A stretch of DNA of 61,809 bases, counting the filler. It is 9 parts of 9 records of this genome, joined end to end, with 100 filler letters (N's around TTAATTAATTAA, not from the genome) between each part and the next. Parts side by side here need not be neighbours in the genome. Positions count along the whole stretch, not along the records: positions 5,506 to 12,059 come from SRR31156797_38644; positions 12,160 to 23,914 come from SRR31156797_38661; 7 more parts are not named here. One strand, given 5' to 3'. Below are positions 9,519 to 18,663 of this stretch, one piece after another. How positions within the stretch are numbered: position 1 is the stretch's first letter; the number at the start of each line of letters is the position of its first letter. The notes under the pieces are model-generated. The model was not told where the DNA came from and ran no database searches. It was given only the letters and a program-made list of their open reading frames with translations. Made by a program: the position numbers and the translations under genes.

Positions 9519-10541
9519 TCAGAGCCAGGTTACGGCATCCGGTCTTGCAAACAGGATCACCGCCCTGCCGGGATAGAGGCCTGAGGCTGCCACGGCCTGC
9601 TGGTCGAGCCGGGTGGTGAACAGAAGAGTGCCCACTTGGATGCTTGTAATAACCGTTCCGTTTTTTGTGTCAAGAACGAGCTGGGTGACGATTCCTTCCA
9701 ACCGGTTGGTGAACTCCCGGCTCTGTTTTGGCGTATCGAGGGTGATGTCCCGGTCGCTGATGAGCCCGATGGCATCCCTGGCGGGCGGGGCAGGGGCGAA
9801 AAAGCGTTGTCCCCCTCCCAGGTCGTGGAAGGAAAGACCGTCCGGTTCGGTGGTCCATGGCCCCGGGATCATGGTGTTCCTTCCCGGTTTCACTGCTTTT
9901 CCCTCAAACAGGTGAAGGGTGGTGTCGCTGATCTCATTGAGCCACTGGTGGTCGTGGCTGACGATCACCAGGGTGGTGCCCCGGTCTTTCCTGGCGGCAA
10001 GGGAGGCGTCCCGTATGAGGGCCGCGCTTTCTGCATCAACGCTGGCCGTGGGTTCGTCCAGGAGGAGCACCTGGGGACGGAGCGCCAGCCGTGCGGCAAG
10101 TGCCACCCGCTGGGCTTCCCCCCCCGAGAGCTGGTGCCAGCGCCGTTGGGCGAATTCTTCAAACGGCAGTCCTACCTTTGAGAGAGCTTCGGCCACCCTT
10201 TCCCGGATGTTTTTCTCATTTTTCCGAATTCTTAATCCATAGGCGGTGTTTTCAAAGACCGTTCGCTTGAGAAGATAGGGCTTCTGGGTCAGGAGGCTGA
10301 TATTGAATCTCACGTTGGGCGAAAAAAGATGTTCCTTGTTGCCGTTGAACAGGATCTCTCCGACGCTGGGTGTCTCAGCAAAGGTCATGAGTTTTAAAAG
10401 GGTGGTTTTGCCGCTTCCGTTGGGTCCCGCAATGCCCGTGATCGATTCCCTGGGGATGGCAAGTTCTTTGATGTCAAGGATCTTGTGGGTGCCGTAGTAG
10501 TGTTCCACCCCCTTGAACTGGTATGCCAGGGGCTTTTTCAT
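9519..10541 (-). CDS. tupC: Tungstate ABC transporter ATPase with C-terminal TOBE-like domain
   Basis: Walker A GPNGSGKT, LSGGE, LLLDEP; in operon with tupA/tupB. Confidence 0.85.
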   Translation of the reverse strand: MKKPLAYQFKGVEHYYGTHKILDIKELAIPRESITGIAGPNGSGKTTLLKLMTFAETPSVGEILFNGNKEHLFSPNVRFNISLLTQKPYLLKRTVFENTAYGLRIRKNEKNIRERVAEALSKVGLPFEEFAQRRWHQLSGGEAQRVALAARLALRPQVLLLDEPTASVDAESAALIRDASLAARKDRGTTLVIVSHDHQWLNEISDTTLHLFEGKAVKPGRNTMIPGPWTTEPDGLSFHDLGGGQRFFAPAPPARDAIGLISDRDITLDTPKQSREFTNRLEGIVTQLVLDTKNGTVITSIQVGTLLFTTRLDQQAVAASGLYPGRAVILFARPDAVTWL

Positions 10542-11227
10542 GATTTCTTTCTTAAAAAGGACAGGGCGAGGTTGACGCCGAAGGCGATGGTGATGAGCAC
10601 CACTCCAAGGGCGATTCCGTTGGCGAACATCCCCTTGCCCGTTTCAAGGGCGATGGCCGTGGTGATGGTCCGGGTGTGCCATTTGATGTTGCCTCCCACC
10701 ATCATGGAGATGCCCACTTCCGTCATTACCCTGCCGTAGGCGGTGACCGCCGCGGCCAGGATTCCGAAACGGACCTCCCACAAACAGGTGGCAAGGATGT
10801 TCCTTTTCCCGGCCCCAAGGGAGATGAGGGTCAGTTTCAGCTGGGGGTCGATGGCCTCGATGGTGGCCGCCGTGAGGGCCGTGACAATGGGAAAGGCAAG
10901 TATGGTCTGGCCCACGGCAATGCCCCCCAGGGTGAACAGCAGGTTGAACTCCCCCAGGGGGCCCCGGCTGGATATGAACGCATAGACCAGCAGGCCGATA
11001 AATACCGTGGGCAGTGCCAGCAACGTGTCGAGTACGGTCCGCAGGGGCCGTTTGCCCTTGAAGTCAAAATAGCCGATCAGAAAACCGCAGGGCAGTCCCG
11101 CCCCCATGCTCATGAGCATGGAGCAGGTGGATACCTTCAGGGTTGCGCCGACCGCGCTCCAGGTGGAGCTGTCCCCGCTTACCAGGAGAAAGATGGCCTG
11201 CAGAACCCCTGAAGTGATGAAATCCAT
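10538..11227 (-). CDS. tupB: Tungstate ABC transporter permease
   Basis: GPLG..LLFT, TEVGISMMVGGNIKWHTRTITTAIALET typical of TupB. Confidence 0.9.
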   Translation of the reverse strand: MDFITSGVLQAIFLLVSGDSSTWSAVGATLKVSTCSMLMSMGAGLPCGFLIGYFDFKGKRPLRTVLDTLLALPTVFIGLLVYAFISSRGPLGEFNLLFTLGGIAVGQTILAFPIVTALTAATIEAIDPQLKLTLISLGAGKRNILATCLWEVRFGILAAAVTAYGRVMTEVGISMMVGGNIKWHTRTITTAIALETGKGMFANGIALGVVLITIAFGVNLALSFLRKKS

Positions 11228-11241
11228 GGAACGACCGCTTT

Positions 11242-12059
11242 CTATTTGGCGTTGGGGGTGAACAGGGGTTTACCAAGCAGCCTGAACTCGCTGATCAGTT
11301 TCTGGGCCCGGTCCCCCGCCATCCAGTCTGAAAATTTCATGGCAAGCTCAAATTTGGCGCTGGGGCAGTTCCCGGGATTGACACCGATCACACTGTACTG
11401 GTTCAGGAGGATGGCGTCCCCCTGGACCAGGACTTTCAGCATGGGGTTGTCCTGCTTCTGGGACTGGTACTTTATGTAAGTGCCCCTGTCCGTCATGGTG
11501 TAGCCCTGGCGCTCTTCTGTGACGTTGATGGTGGCCAGCATGCCCTGGCCCGCCTGGACATACCAGTTCTCTTTTTCCGGAAGGGGTTTGCCCGTGGCTT
11601 TCCACAACAGCTTTTCCTTCTTGTTGGTGCCTGAATCATCCCCCCGGCTCACAAAGGCGGCCTTGTTTTCCCTGATGGTATCAAGGGCAGTCCTGACGTT
11701 CATGCCCTTGATGTGGGCGGGATCGCTTTCCGGGCCGATGATCACAAAGTCGTTGTACATGATCTCCTTCCGGTTTTTACCGTATCCGGCATCGATGTAT
11801 TTTTTTTCAGCAGGGGGGGCATGGACCAGGAGCACATCCACATCGCATCTTTGGCCGAGCTTCAGGGCCTTGCCCGTTCCCGTGGCCGTCCATTTGATGG
11901 CAATGCCGGTATCCTTCTCAAACCGGGGCATGAGATAGTCCAGGAGGCCAGTGTTGTCGGTGCTGGTGGTGGTGGCCATCATCAGGCTATCCGATGCCGT
12001 GGCCTTTGGAAGGGGGAACACGGTGAACAGCATGAGGGTGGCCAGGGCAATGGATAACA
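11242..12059 (-). CDS. tupA: Tungstate-binding periplasmic protein (5' end cut by contig edge)
   Basis: TupA signature ATTTS, GTGKAL, LVHAP, SRGDDSGT; frame open to the linker. Confidence 0.92.
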
Positions 12060-12159
12060 NNNNNNNNNNNNNNNNNNNNNNNNNNNNNNNNNNNNNNNNN
12101 NNNTTAATTAATTAANNNNNNNNNNNNNNNNNNNNNNNNNNNNNNNNNNNNNNNNNNNN
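12060..12159. other. Artificial contig linker
   Basis: 44 N + TTAATTAATTAA + 44 N. Confidence 0.99.
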
Positions 12160-12294
12160 ACCGTTGAGACCCAGAACACCGATTTTAGCGCCTAAAAAAT
12201 AGGAGAGGGAAATGTCTTTTAATACCGGCTTTCCGTTATAGGACTTGCTGACCCGGATCATTGAATAGATAACTTTGTTAATCTCGTTTGCCAT
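12160..12294 (-). CDS. ettA: Energy-dependent translational throttle protein EttA (5' fragment)
   Basis: IYSMIRVSK...LKDISLSYFLGAKIGVLGLNG matches the EttA N-terminus; truncated at linker. Confidence 0.85.
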
Positions 12295-12304
12295 TGGCCT
12301 CCCC

Positions 12305-12949
12305 TTATTTTTGGTCTTTCAAAACAGTGTAAACATCCCGAATAATTTTTTCAGAGACTTCCTGCATGGCCAGGCTCATGGTTTCCGCAAGCCCCCGGGG
12401 ATGCTCCTCCCTGCATGGCCGGGTCACCCGATACAGTTTCTGAAATAAAATCCGCTTGCTGATGTCCGGTTCCTTGAACAGCACCAGGGTAATGCTCAAC
12501 CCCAGCACCGCATTCCACCCCTCGGGCGTATCCCATTCAAAAAATTCATCCACGGATCCTTCCAGGGCATAGGTGGCCGTCAGGTGGCTTTTATAGGTAA
12601 ATACGGCTTTAAAAAGGCCGGAGTCCCTCAGATCCCTTGCCAGAAAATAGGTGGCGAAGCTCCCTGGATTTGCGACCCATTTGGAGTATATATATTCATC
12701 CCGCTTGAAGGATTGGTCCCGATAGATCATACGGTTGGAATTATAGGGAGGCGCCACACCGAAGCGATCCACCCGAATCACCGCGTCAATGGGTTTCAGG
12801 TCCTCTATTTTGGGAACCGTATATTCAAGGGTAAAATGATGAATTTTGGGTTTCGGCTTCTTCAATGCGGAACACCCCGGCAGGCAAAAGAGACTGCAAA
12901 AAAACAATATGAGAAATCTTTTACGGTTTAACATCTGTTGCCTCCTCAT
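12305..12949 (-). CDS. PqiC-like ABC transport auxiliary lipoprotein
   Basis: Lipobox LPGC; YNSNRMIYR, KWVANP motifs; follows an MCE gene. Confidence 0.82.
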   Translation of the reverse strand: MRRQQMLNRKRFLILFFCSLFCLPGCSALKKPKPKIHHFTLEYTVPKIEDLKPIDAVIRVDRFGVAPPYNSNRMIYRDQSFKRDEYIYSKWVANPGSFATYFLARDLRDSGLFKAVFTYKSHLTATYALEGSVDEFFEWDTPEGWNAVLGLSITLVLFKEPDISKRILFQKLYRVTRPCREEHPRGLAETMSLAMQEVSEKIIRDVYTVLKDQK

Positions 12950-13965
12950 TATTGCTCCCCATGATCCAGCTCCAGGGCCCTCGGCGCGGCCGGTTCTCCA
13001 AATATCAGCTGTGAAGGGCTGTCCGACAGGGTTTCCAGGAATCGATTCAGGTTATCCGTTGCCCGCTCCAGATTCTGCGCACTCAACAGAAGTTGGGCCT
13101 TGAGCCGATTCAAGGCGTCATCCGTGTTGCCGATTAAAGCGGCCCCTTTTTCAAGAAGTTTGTTGGCATTGACCATGGCCTTCTTGAGATCCATGACCGC
13201 CTCGGCAACCGGCTCCTCGTTTCTGGCCACAAACCCTTCCATGCGAACCAGGGTTCGGTCCACCTGGGCCAGGGAATTTCCGGCCTTTCCCATGAGTTCA
13301 TCAAGGGATTTGGCGGCATGATCCACCGAACCGAGGATACTCTCCCATTTTCCATTTTTCAAAATGCGGTCCGCGCTGGAGAGAGACGACTGCAATTTGC
13401 TTGAAATCCCCTTCACGTCGGCGTCCGCAATCATGCGGTTGGCGCTATCCAGGGTTAATTTTATTTTATCGGAAATCCCCGGGAGATCAATGGATTTGAA
13501 ATGTTTCAGAACTTCATCCAACCCCCTGAGCAGTCGATTGATTTCAGAGGGTTTTGAGGCCACAATGGGGTACTCGGAAGGAAAGGAAAGTACCGGGGAT
13601 TCATCGGGCACGCCCTTTTTTTTGCGGTCCAGTTCAACCAGCATACTGCCGGTAATCCCCACGTTCTTGAGCTGGGCTACAATGTTGTGGTCCAGTTTCT
13701 GCCCTGATTCAATCTTGAGGATCACCTGGATCAATTTTGAATCGGGCGCCACCCCGATGCTCTCCACCCGACCGATGGAAACGCCTCGGTATTTCACAGG
13801 GGAATCCTTTTTGAGACCCTGAACGGATTCATTGAAATAGGTGACGAAAAACCGCCCCTTTTCAAAGTACCGGGCCATGCCCAGCCAGACGATGGCCAAC
13901 ACACTGATGGTCAGGCCGCCAGCCACAAACAGGCCCACCGTAAATTTTGCTTTTTTGGATGCCAT
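12949..13965 (-). CDS. mlaD: MlaD/MCE family protein with long helical extension
   Basis: N-terminal TM, FNESVQGL..SPVKYRGVSIGRV MCE motif, helical C-terminus ending PSQLIFG; likely start MASKKAK. Confidence 0.88.
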   Translation of the reverse strand: MASKKAKFTVGLFVAGGLTISVLAIVWLGMARYFEKGRFFVTYFNESVQGLKKDSPVKYRGVSIGRVESIGVAPDSKLIQVILKIESGQKLDHNIVAQLKNVGITGSMLVELDRKKKGVPDESPVLSFPSEYPIVASKPSEINRLLRGLDEVLKHFKSIDLPGISDKIKLTLDSANRMIADADVKGISSKLQSSLSSADRILKNGKWESILGSVDHAAKSLDELMGKAGNSLAQVDRTLVRMEGFVARNEEPVAEAVMDLKKAMVNANKLLEKGAALIGNTDDALNRLKAQLLLSAQNLERATDNLNRFLETLSDSPSQLIFGEPAAPRALELDHGEQ

Positions 13966-14001
13966 GTAAAACCTCTTACCATCAGGGCTGGCCTTTTTCA
14001 A

Positions 14002-14751
14002 TCAGGCCCGGCGGTTGAAAAATTGTTTCACAAACGCGTTCTGGCTGTGATCCCGAAGATACCTGGGATCACCTTCCGCGATCATCCCCTTGGCTTTCTT
14101 GTCCAGCATGATAATCCTCGAGGCCACGGTAAAAATGCTGTCCAGTTCATGGGTAACAATCACCATGGTGGTCCCGAGGGTTCGGTTCAGATGAAGCAGC
14201 AGGTTGTCCAGTTCCGCTGAGGTGATGGGATCCAGACCCGCGGACGGTTCATCGAAAAAAAGGATCTTCGGATTTAGGGCCATGGCGCGAGCCAGCCCCG
14301 CCCTCTTTTTCATACCGCCGCTCAATTCGGAAGGCAGGTGGTTTCCGTAGCCGTCCAGATTGACAAGCCCCAACTTCATTTTGACCAGCATATCCACGGC
14401 ATCCTTTTTGAGTGAGGTATATTCCTCAATGGGAAGCGCAACGTTTTGCGCAACGGTCATGGAACCGAAGAGTGCCGCGCTCTGATACAGGACACCGATC
14501 TTCGCCAGAATTTTTTTCAAAGCGTCATCGTCTTCAGCAATGACCTCATCACCATCCACCAGGATTCGACCGGTATGGGGACTTAAAAGGCCGATGATAC
14601 TTTTCAATAATGTGCTCTTGCCGCAACCGCTACCGCCCAAAATAACGAATATCTCCCCCTCATAAACCTTGAAAGTAACATCCTTGAAAATAAGCGCATC
14701 GCCATACCGTACTTCAAGGTCCTTTACCTCTATAACGACTTTTCTACCCAT
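14002..14751 (-). CDS. mlaF: MlaF-type ABC ATPase
   Basis: GGSGCGKST, ELSGGMKKRAGLARA, FDEPSAGLDP. Confidence 0.9.
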   Translation of the reverse strand: MGRKVVIEVKDLEVRYGDALIFKDVTFKVYEGEIFVILGGSGCGKSTLLKSIIGLLSPHTGRILVDGDEVIAEDDDALKKILAKIGVLYQSAALFGSMTVAQNVALPIEEYTSLKKDAVDMLVKMKLGLVNLDGYGNHLPSELSGGMKKRAGLARAMALNPKILFFDEPSAGLDPITSAELDNLLLHLNRTLGTTMVIVTHELDSIFTVASRIIMLDKKAKGMIAEGDPRYLRDHSQNAFVKQFFNRRA

Positions 14752-14761
14752 GGGCCGACTT

Positions 14762-15901
14762 TCATCCGCAATATCGAAGAATCACTGAAAAAATTGAATC
14801 AAAAAGGATAATTAAAAATATGCTGCTGACCACGGCGGATGTGGTGGCCTGTCCCACGGAAGCGGCGCCTCCGCTGACCTGAAATCCCCTGAGGCACCCC
14901 ACCCAGGTAATCAGCAACCCGAAAACACCACTCTTCAGGACCCCCCAGAACACATCAAAAAGGGTCAGGGTGTTAATGGTCTGGGCCACGTAGGCACCCG
15001 CCGTCAAATCGAGCATGAAAACACCCACCAGAAGGCCGCCGGCAATGGCGAAGATATCGGAAAAGAGCGTCAGGATGGGCACCATGACGATGGCGGCGAT
15101 GAGCTTCGGGATCACCAGAAACCCCACGGGATCAAACCCCATGGTAAAAAGCGCATCCACTTCCTCGGAAATCTTCATGGTGCCGATTTCCGCCGCAAAG
15201 GCCGATCCGGATCTTCCCGCAACAATAATGGCCGTCATGATGGGGCCCAGTTCCCGGGTCATGGAAAGACCCACCAGTGACGCCACATAGATGTTGGCAC
15301 CGAACTGTTCCAGTTGAACGGAGGACATGAATGCCATGATCAATCCCATCAAAAAGCTGATCAGTGCCACGATGGGGAGACCATCCACCCCGGTCTTCTG
15401 CATGTAATCGAGGGTATCTTCCCGCCGGAGCGCTTTGGGGTGGACCAGGTGGTGGCCCAGGGAGAGGGTGATGGCACCGATGAAAGAGATGGCGTATTTT
15501 ATATCTAATAGAATATCATAGGTTTTTTCGCCCAGCCTCACGAAAACCCCCTGCCGCCGCTTTTTTTCAAAGGAAACCTTTTTAAACAGGGAATCGAATC
15601 TCAAAAACATCAACATTTCCCTGATTTTTTTACCGGTATGCAGCAGATGAAAATCCCCGTGGGCTTTCACGGTGATTTTTCGCAACTCCACCAGTACCAG
15701 GGTTCCGAAATCATCCAGATATACGACGTTTTCCATGTCAACGGTCAGGTTTCCGGGAGGGTTTTGGGAAAAATAACGCGATAAATCTTCCATCAGGGTG
15801 CCGGCATTACTGGAATCCATCCGTCCATGAAAGGAAATGGTCGTGCCGCCTTGCGCATTTTCGGAAATTTCGTATGGAAGGGGAGGATTAGGGGTAGTCA
15901 A
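14762..15901 (-). CDS. mlaE: STAS-MlaE fusion permease
   Basis: N-terminal STAS-like domain (VDMENVVYLDDFG), then RELGPIMTAIIVAGRSGSAFAAEIGTM. Confidence 0.9.
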   Translation of the reverse strand: MTTPNPPLPYEISENAQGGTTISFHGRMDSSNAGTLMEDLSRYFSQNPPGNLTVDMENVVYLDDFGTLVLVELRKITVKAHGDFHLLHTGKKIREMLMFLRFDSLFKKVSFEKKRRQGVFVRLGEKTYDILLDIKYAISFIGAITLSLGHHLVHPKALRREDTLDYMQKTGVDGLPIVALISFLMGLIMAFMSSVQLEQFGANIYVASLVGLSMTRELGPIMTAIIVAGRSGSAFAAEIGTMKISEEVDALFTMGFDPVGFLVIPKLIAAIVMVPILTLFSDIFAIAGGLLVGVFMLDLTAGAYVAQTINTLTLFDVFWGVLKSGVFGLLITWVGCLRGFQVSGGAASVGQATTSAVVSSIFLIILFDSIFSVILRYCG

Positions 15902-15907
15902 TATTTT

Positions 15908-17218
15908 TCAGGACCCGTCAAAGGGAAGATGCTTCAGATCATCCTCATTTACATTGTATTCTTCTTTAAGTTTTTCAAGATCCACCTGGAAAACCAGCCA
16001 ACCCAGGAATTCGCCGTCTTTTTCCATGACGAAGGCCATTTCAACGGCCTTGCTTCCCATGGGATCCTGTGGGGTGGCGCGATAAAGCGTCAAAACACTG
16101 TAAGGCCTGTTGGCACTTTCATCGAACGGTATGCCGGAATAGCTGCTGTTCACCATCTTCTCCCCGTCGAAACCGGGCAATGTGGCATAGGCTTCAAATA
16201 CCTTCTTATTTTCATCCAGCAACACCAATCCGTTATAGGGGATTGAAACACCTTTTTGAACATCCAGGAACCCTTTGATGATTTGTTTGGTTTTAGCACG
16301 ATCTCCCGCCCTTAACGGCTCGGCCAGAAATGATTTCAGCATTTTGAAGGTAACCGATATATCATCCCTGAACTGGCGTTTTCTAGAATCGGTTATTTTG
16401 TACCCCTTGGAAAAATAAGGGTAACCAAACAGTATGCCCACTGCAAAAAGCGCCAGAAGCGCCATTGTGGGGATCAACCAGCGCCGTGTGCGCTTGTAGC
16501 GTCGCTCCAGGTTTTCAACGGAAGTGACATCTCTACCGACGAAAAGCACACCGCGAAAATTGTGTTGGCCGTCATATAGAACCTTGGTACTGGTGGAGAC
16601 AAAACATATCCCTTTTTCGGGGTGTCTGATTTTTAATATTTTTTCCTGAATGGTATCGCCGGCCTTAAGCTCTTCCAGGAGGTTCCTGTACACAGAAGGA
16701 TCATCATAGATCCTTTCGGCCGATTTGCCGCGCATCTGCGCATCATCTCTTCCGTAAAGTTTTTCAGCCGCTGCATTCCATGTTGAGATATTTCCGTCCT
16801 TATCGATGATCATGACCGCATCGGGGAGCTGATCACACAATTCCCGAAACCCGAACAGGGTCTGGCTGGTGGCTTCAAGACGTTTCGCCAGAAACTTTGC
16901 CACCACCGTAACCACTTCCGGAAATTCCTTCAGAAACGGCTCCACATTCTCTTTGGGAATACGGACCGCCTTTACATCGGTCATGGCCTTTACGGTGGCC
17001 GTTCGCTTCTCATTTAAAAGGAACGACATTTCCCCGAAAACAACCCCTTCTTTAACGATATCGGCAATCTTTTTCGTCCCTTTGAGAATATCCAGTTTAC
17101 CGGACACCAGGACGTAAATATCCTGGGAATCATCCCCTTCAAAAAACAGGGTCTCGCCTGTTTCATAGGAAACAAGGTACTTCTCCATTTCGGGGCTGTT
17201 AATGACTCTGTTCAGCAT
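15908..17218 (-). CDS. Membrane protein: cNMP-binding + PAS + single TM + C-terminal domain of unknown function
   Basis: cNMP motif FGEMSFLLNEKRTATV; PAS (DAVMIIDKDGNISTWNAAAEKLYG...GRDVT); TM WLIPTMALLALFAVGILFGYPYF. Confidence 0.8.
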   Translation of the reverse strand: MLNRVINSPEMEKYLVSYETGETLFFEGDDSQDIYVLVSGKLDILKGTKKIADIVKEGVVFGEMSFLLNEKRTATVKAMTDVKAVRIPKENVEPFLKEFPEVVTVVAKFLAKRLEATSQTLFGFRELCDQLPDAVMIIDKDGNISTWNAAAEKLYGRDDAQMRGKSAERIYDDPSVYRNLLEELKAGDTIQEKILKIRHPEKGICFVSTSTKVLYDGQHNFRGVLFVGRDVTSVENLERRYKRTRRWLIPTMALLALFAVGILFGYPYFSKGYKITDSRKRQFRDDISVTFKMLKSFLAEPLRAGDRAKTKQIIKGFLDVQKGVSIPYNGLVLLDENKKVFEAYATLPGFDGEKMVNSSYSGIPFDESANRPYSVLTLYRATPQDPMGSKAVEMAFVMEKDGEFLGWLVFQVDLEKLKEEYNVNEDDLKHLPFDGS

Positions 17219-17275
17219 GAGATATTCACCGGAATATTTATTTGGATTTCAGTGTATCCCCAATGGAAAATTTCG

Positions 17276-18628
17276 TCAAGCGCCTGCACCATCCACCTCA
17301 TGGGCATCAAACCGCCGTATCCGGGACGTGGCAATAATCGCCCTGTCCCCGTCCTTTCCCTTTCGGATGAAACCGGTCCGTTCAAGAATACCCAGTGCCG
17401 GGGCCACAAGACCGGTGGGGCGCCCCAGGATTTTCGCAAGGGTATCGGCATCAACAGAATGCCCCAGGGTTTCCTCCCGTTTCAGTACCATGAAAACATC
17501 AATGACAAGGGCCAGCTGACTGTCAGTGGGGAGCATATGCCCCCGGGGCTCGTACTCTCGCCAGACTTGAAAGGCAAACACCAGCTCGGCACCCATCAGA
17601 AATATCACCCACCCCATGTAGATCCACAGCAATACCAGCGGTAGCGTTGCAAAGGAGCCGTAAATGGCATTGTAACGGGCCACCCCGAGTTGCAGGTTTA
17701 GATAGAGGGACAAGACCAGCAACCAAGCGATGCCCGCCAGAAGCCCCCCTGAAATGGAAAACCAGGTGGACACCCTTGTATTGGGCAGAGATTTGTACAG
17801 GGCGGCGAAAGTGCCGGCAACCACAATGGCCGGAAACATTTTCAGAAAAAACGAACCCATCCAGGGACTCGGCAGGAAAGCTTCGAGTTTCTCCATGAGG
17901 GTTGGACTCTGAAGGACCGCCATGGCGGCAAAACCAAGGTTCATGGCGATGGGCAGAAAAATAAGCACCGCAAGATAATTGACCCCTCTTTTCCATGGGG
18001 ACCGCCCTTTTTTAACCTCCCATATGGCATTCATGGAGGCTTCGAGATGGGCAAAGAAAGACGCCACCAGAATCAGGATGGCCACGGTACCGGCAAATCC
18101 GAGGGTCGCAAAATCGGTTCTGTTCACATAATCGAAAATTTTGTCGACCACCTGTTGCACATGGATCACCAGGTTCCTTCCGGCGCTCTCTTTTTGGGCC
18201 CTTGAATCCGGCGCCGGGCCCATTTCGGGGTGACCGCGCTTTCCGGAATGAACCGGGGTTTTCTCCACGGCCGTGTTGAGAATCACCATTCCGTCGAAAA
18301 ATTCGTGTGCGAGATACTGTGTTTCTTCACTGATCCCAACCCCTTTCAATATGGCGGTGCCCAGGGCAAGCATGGGGGCCATGGCCAGCACTACGGTGAG
18401 GGTAAGCCCTCTCGCCCTGAAAGTAATGGCATCCCGCAGAACTTTAAGGATCACAATGGAAAATATTCTGGTAAGGGCGTTGAAAAAATGAGGACCATGA
18501 GGAACGTCCGAAGGGTTTGCCGGCCAAACCTTTTCGGACAGAACAAGGGATATCCTTTCGGACAGGTTGACGTCGGATCTCTTTGAAGCACCGTTTCGCG
18601 TCATATACTTTTTCGGGGTATCCCCCAT
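17276..18628 (-). CDS. YihY/virulence factor BrkB family membrane protein with C-terminal HTH-like tail
   Basis: LEASMNAIW, LYKSLPN, YNAIYGSFATLPLVLLWIY motifs. Confidence 0.88.
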   Translation of the reverse strand: MGDTPKKYMTRNGASKRSDVNLSERISLVLSEKVWPANPSDVPHGPHFFNALTRIFSIVILKVLRDAITFRARGLTLTVVLAMAPMLALGTAILKGVGISEETQYLAHEFFDGMVILNTAVEKTPVHSGKRGHPEMGPAPDSRAQKESAGRNLVIHVQQVVDKIFDYVNRTDFATLGFAGTVAILILVASFFAHLEASMNAIWEVKKGRSPWKRGVNYLAVLIFLPIAMNLGFAAMAVLQSPTLMEKLEAFLPSPWMGSFFLKMFPAIVVAGTFAALYKSLPNTRVSTWFSISGGLLAGIAWLLVLSLYLNLQLGVARYNAIYGSFATLPLVLLWIYMGWVIFLMGAELVFAFQVWREYEPRGHMLPTDSQLALVIDVFMVLKREETLGHSVDADTLAKILGRPTGLVAPALGILERTGFIRKGKDGDRAIIATSRIRRFDAHEVDGAGA

Positions 18629-18663
18629 TTTGCCCCCGTCCCCAACCCTGAATCCCTGAACCC

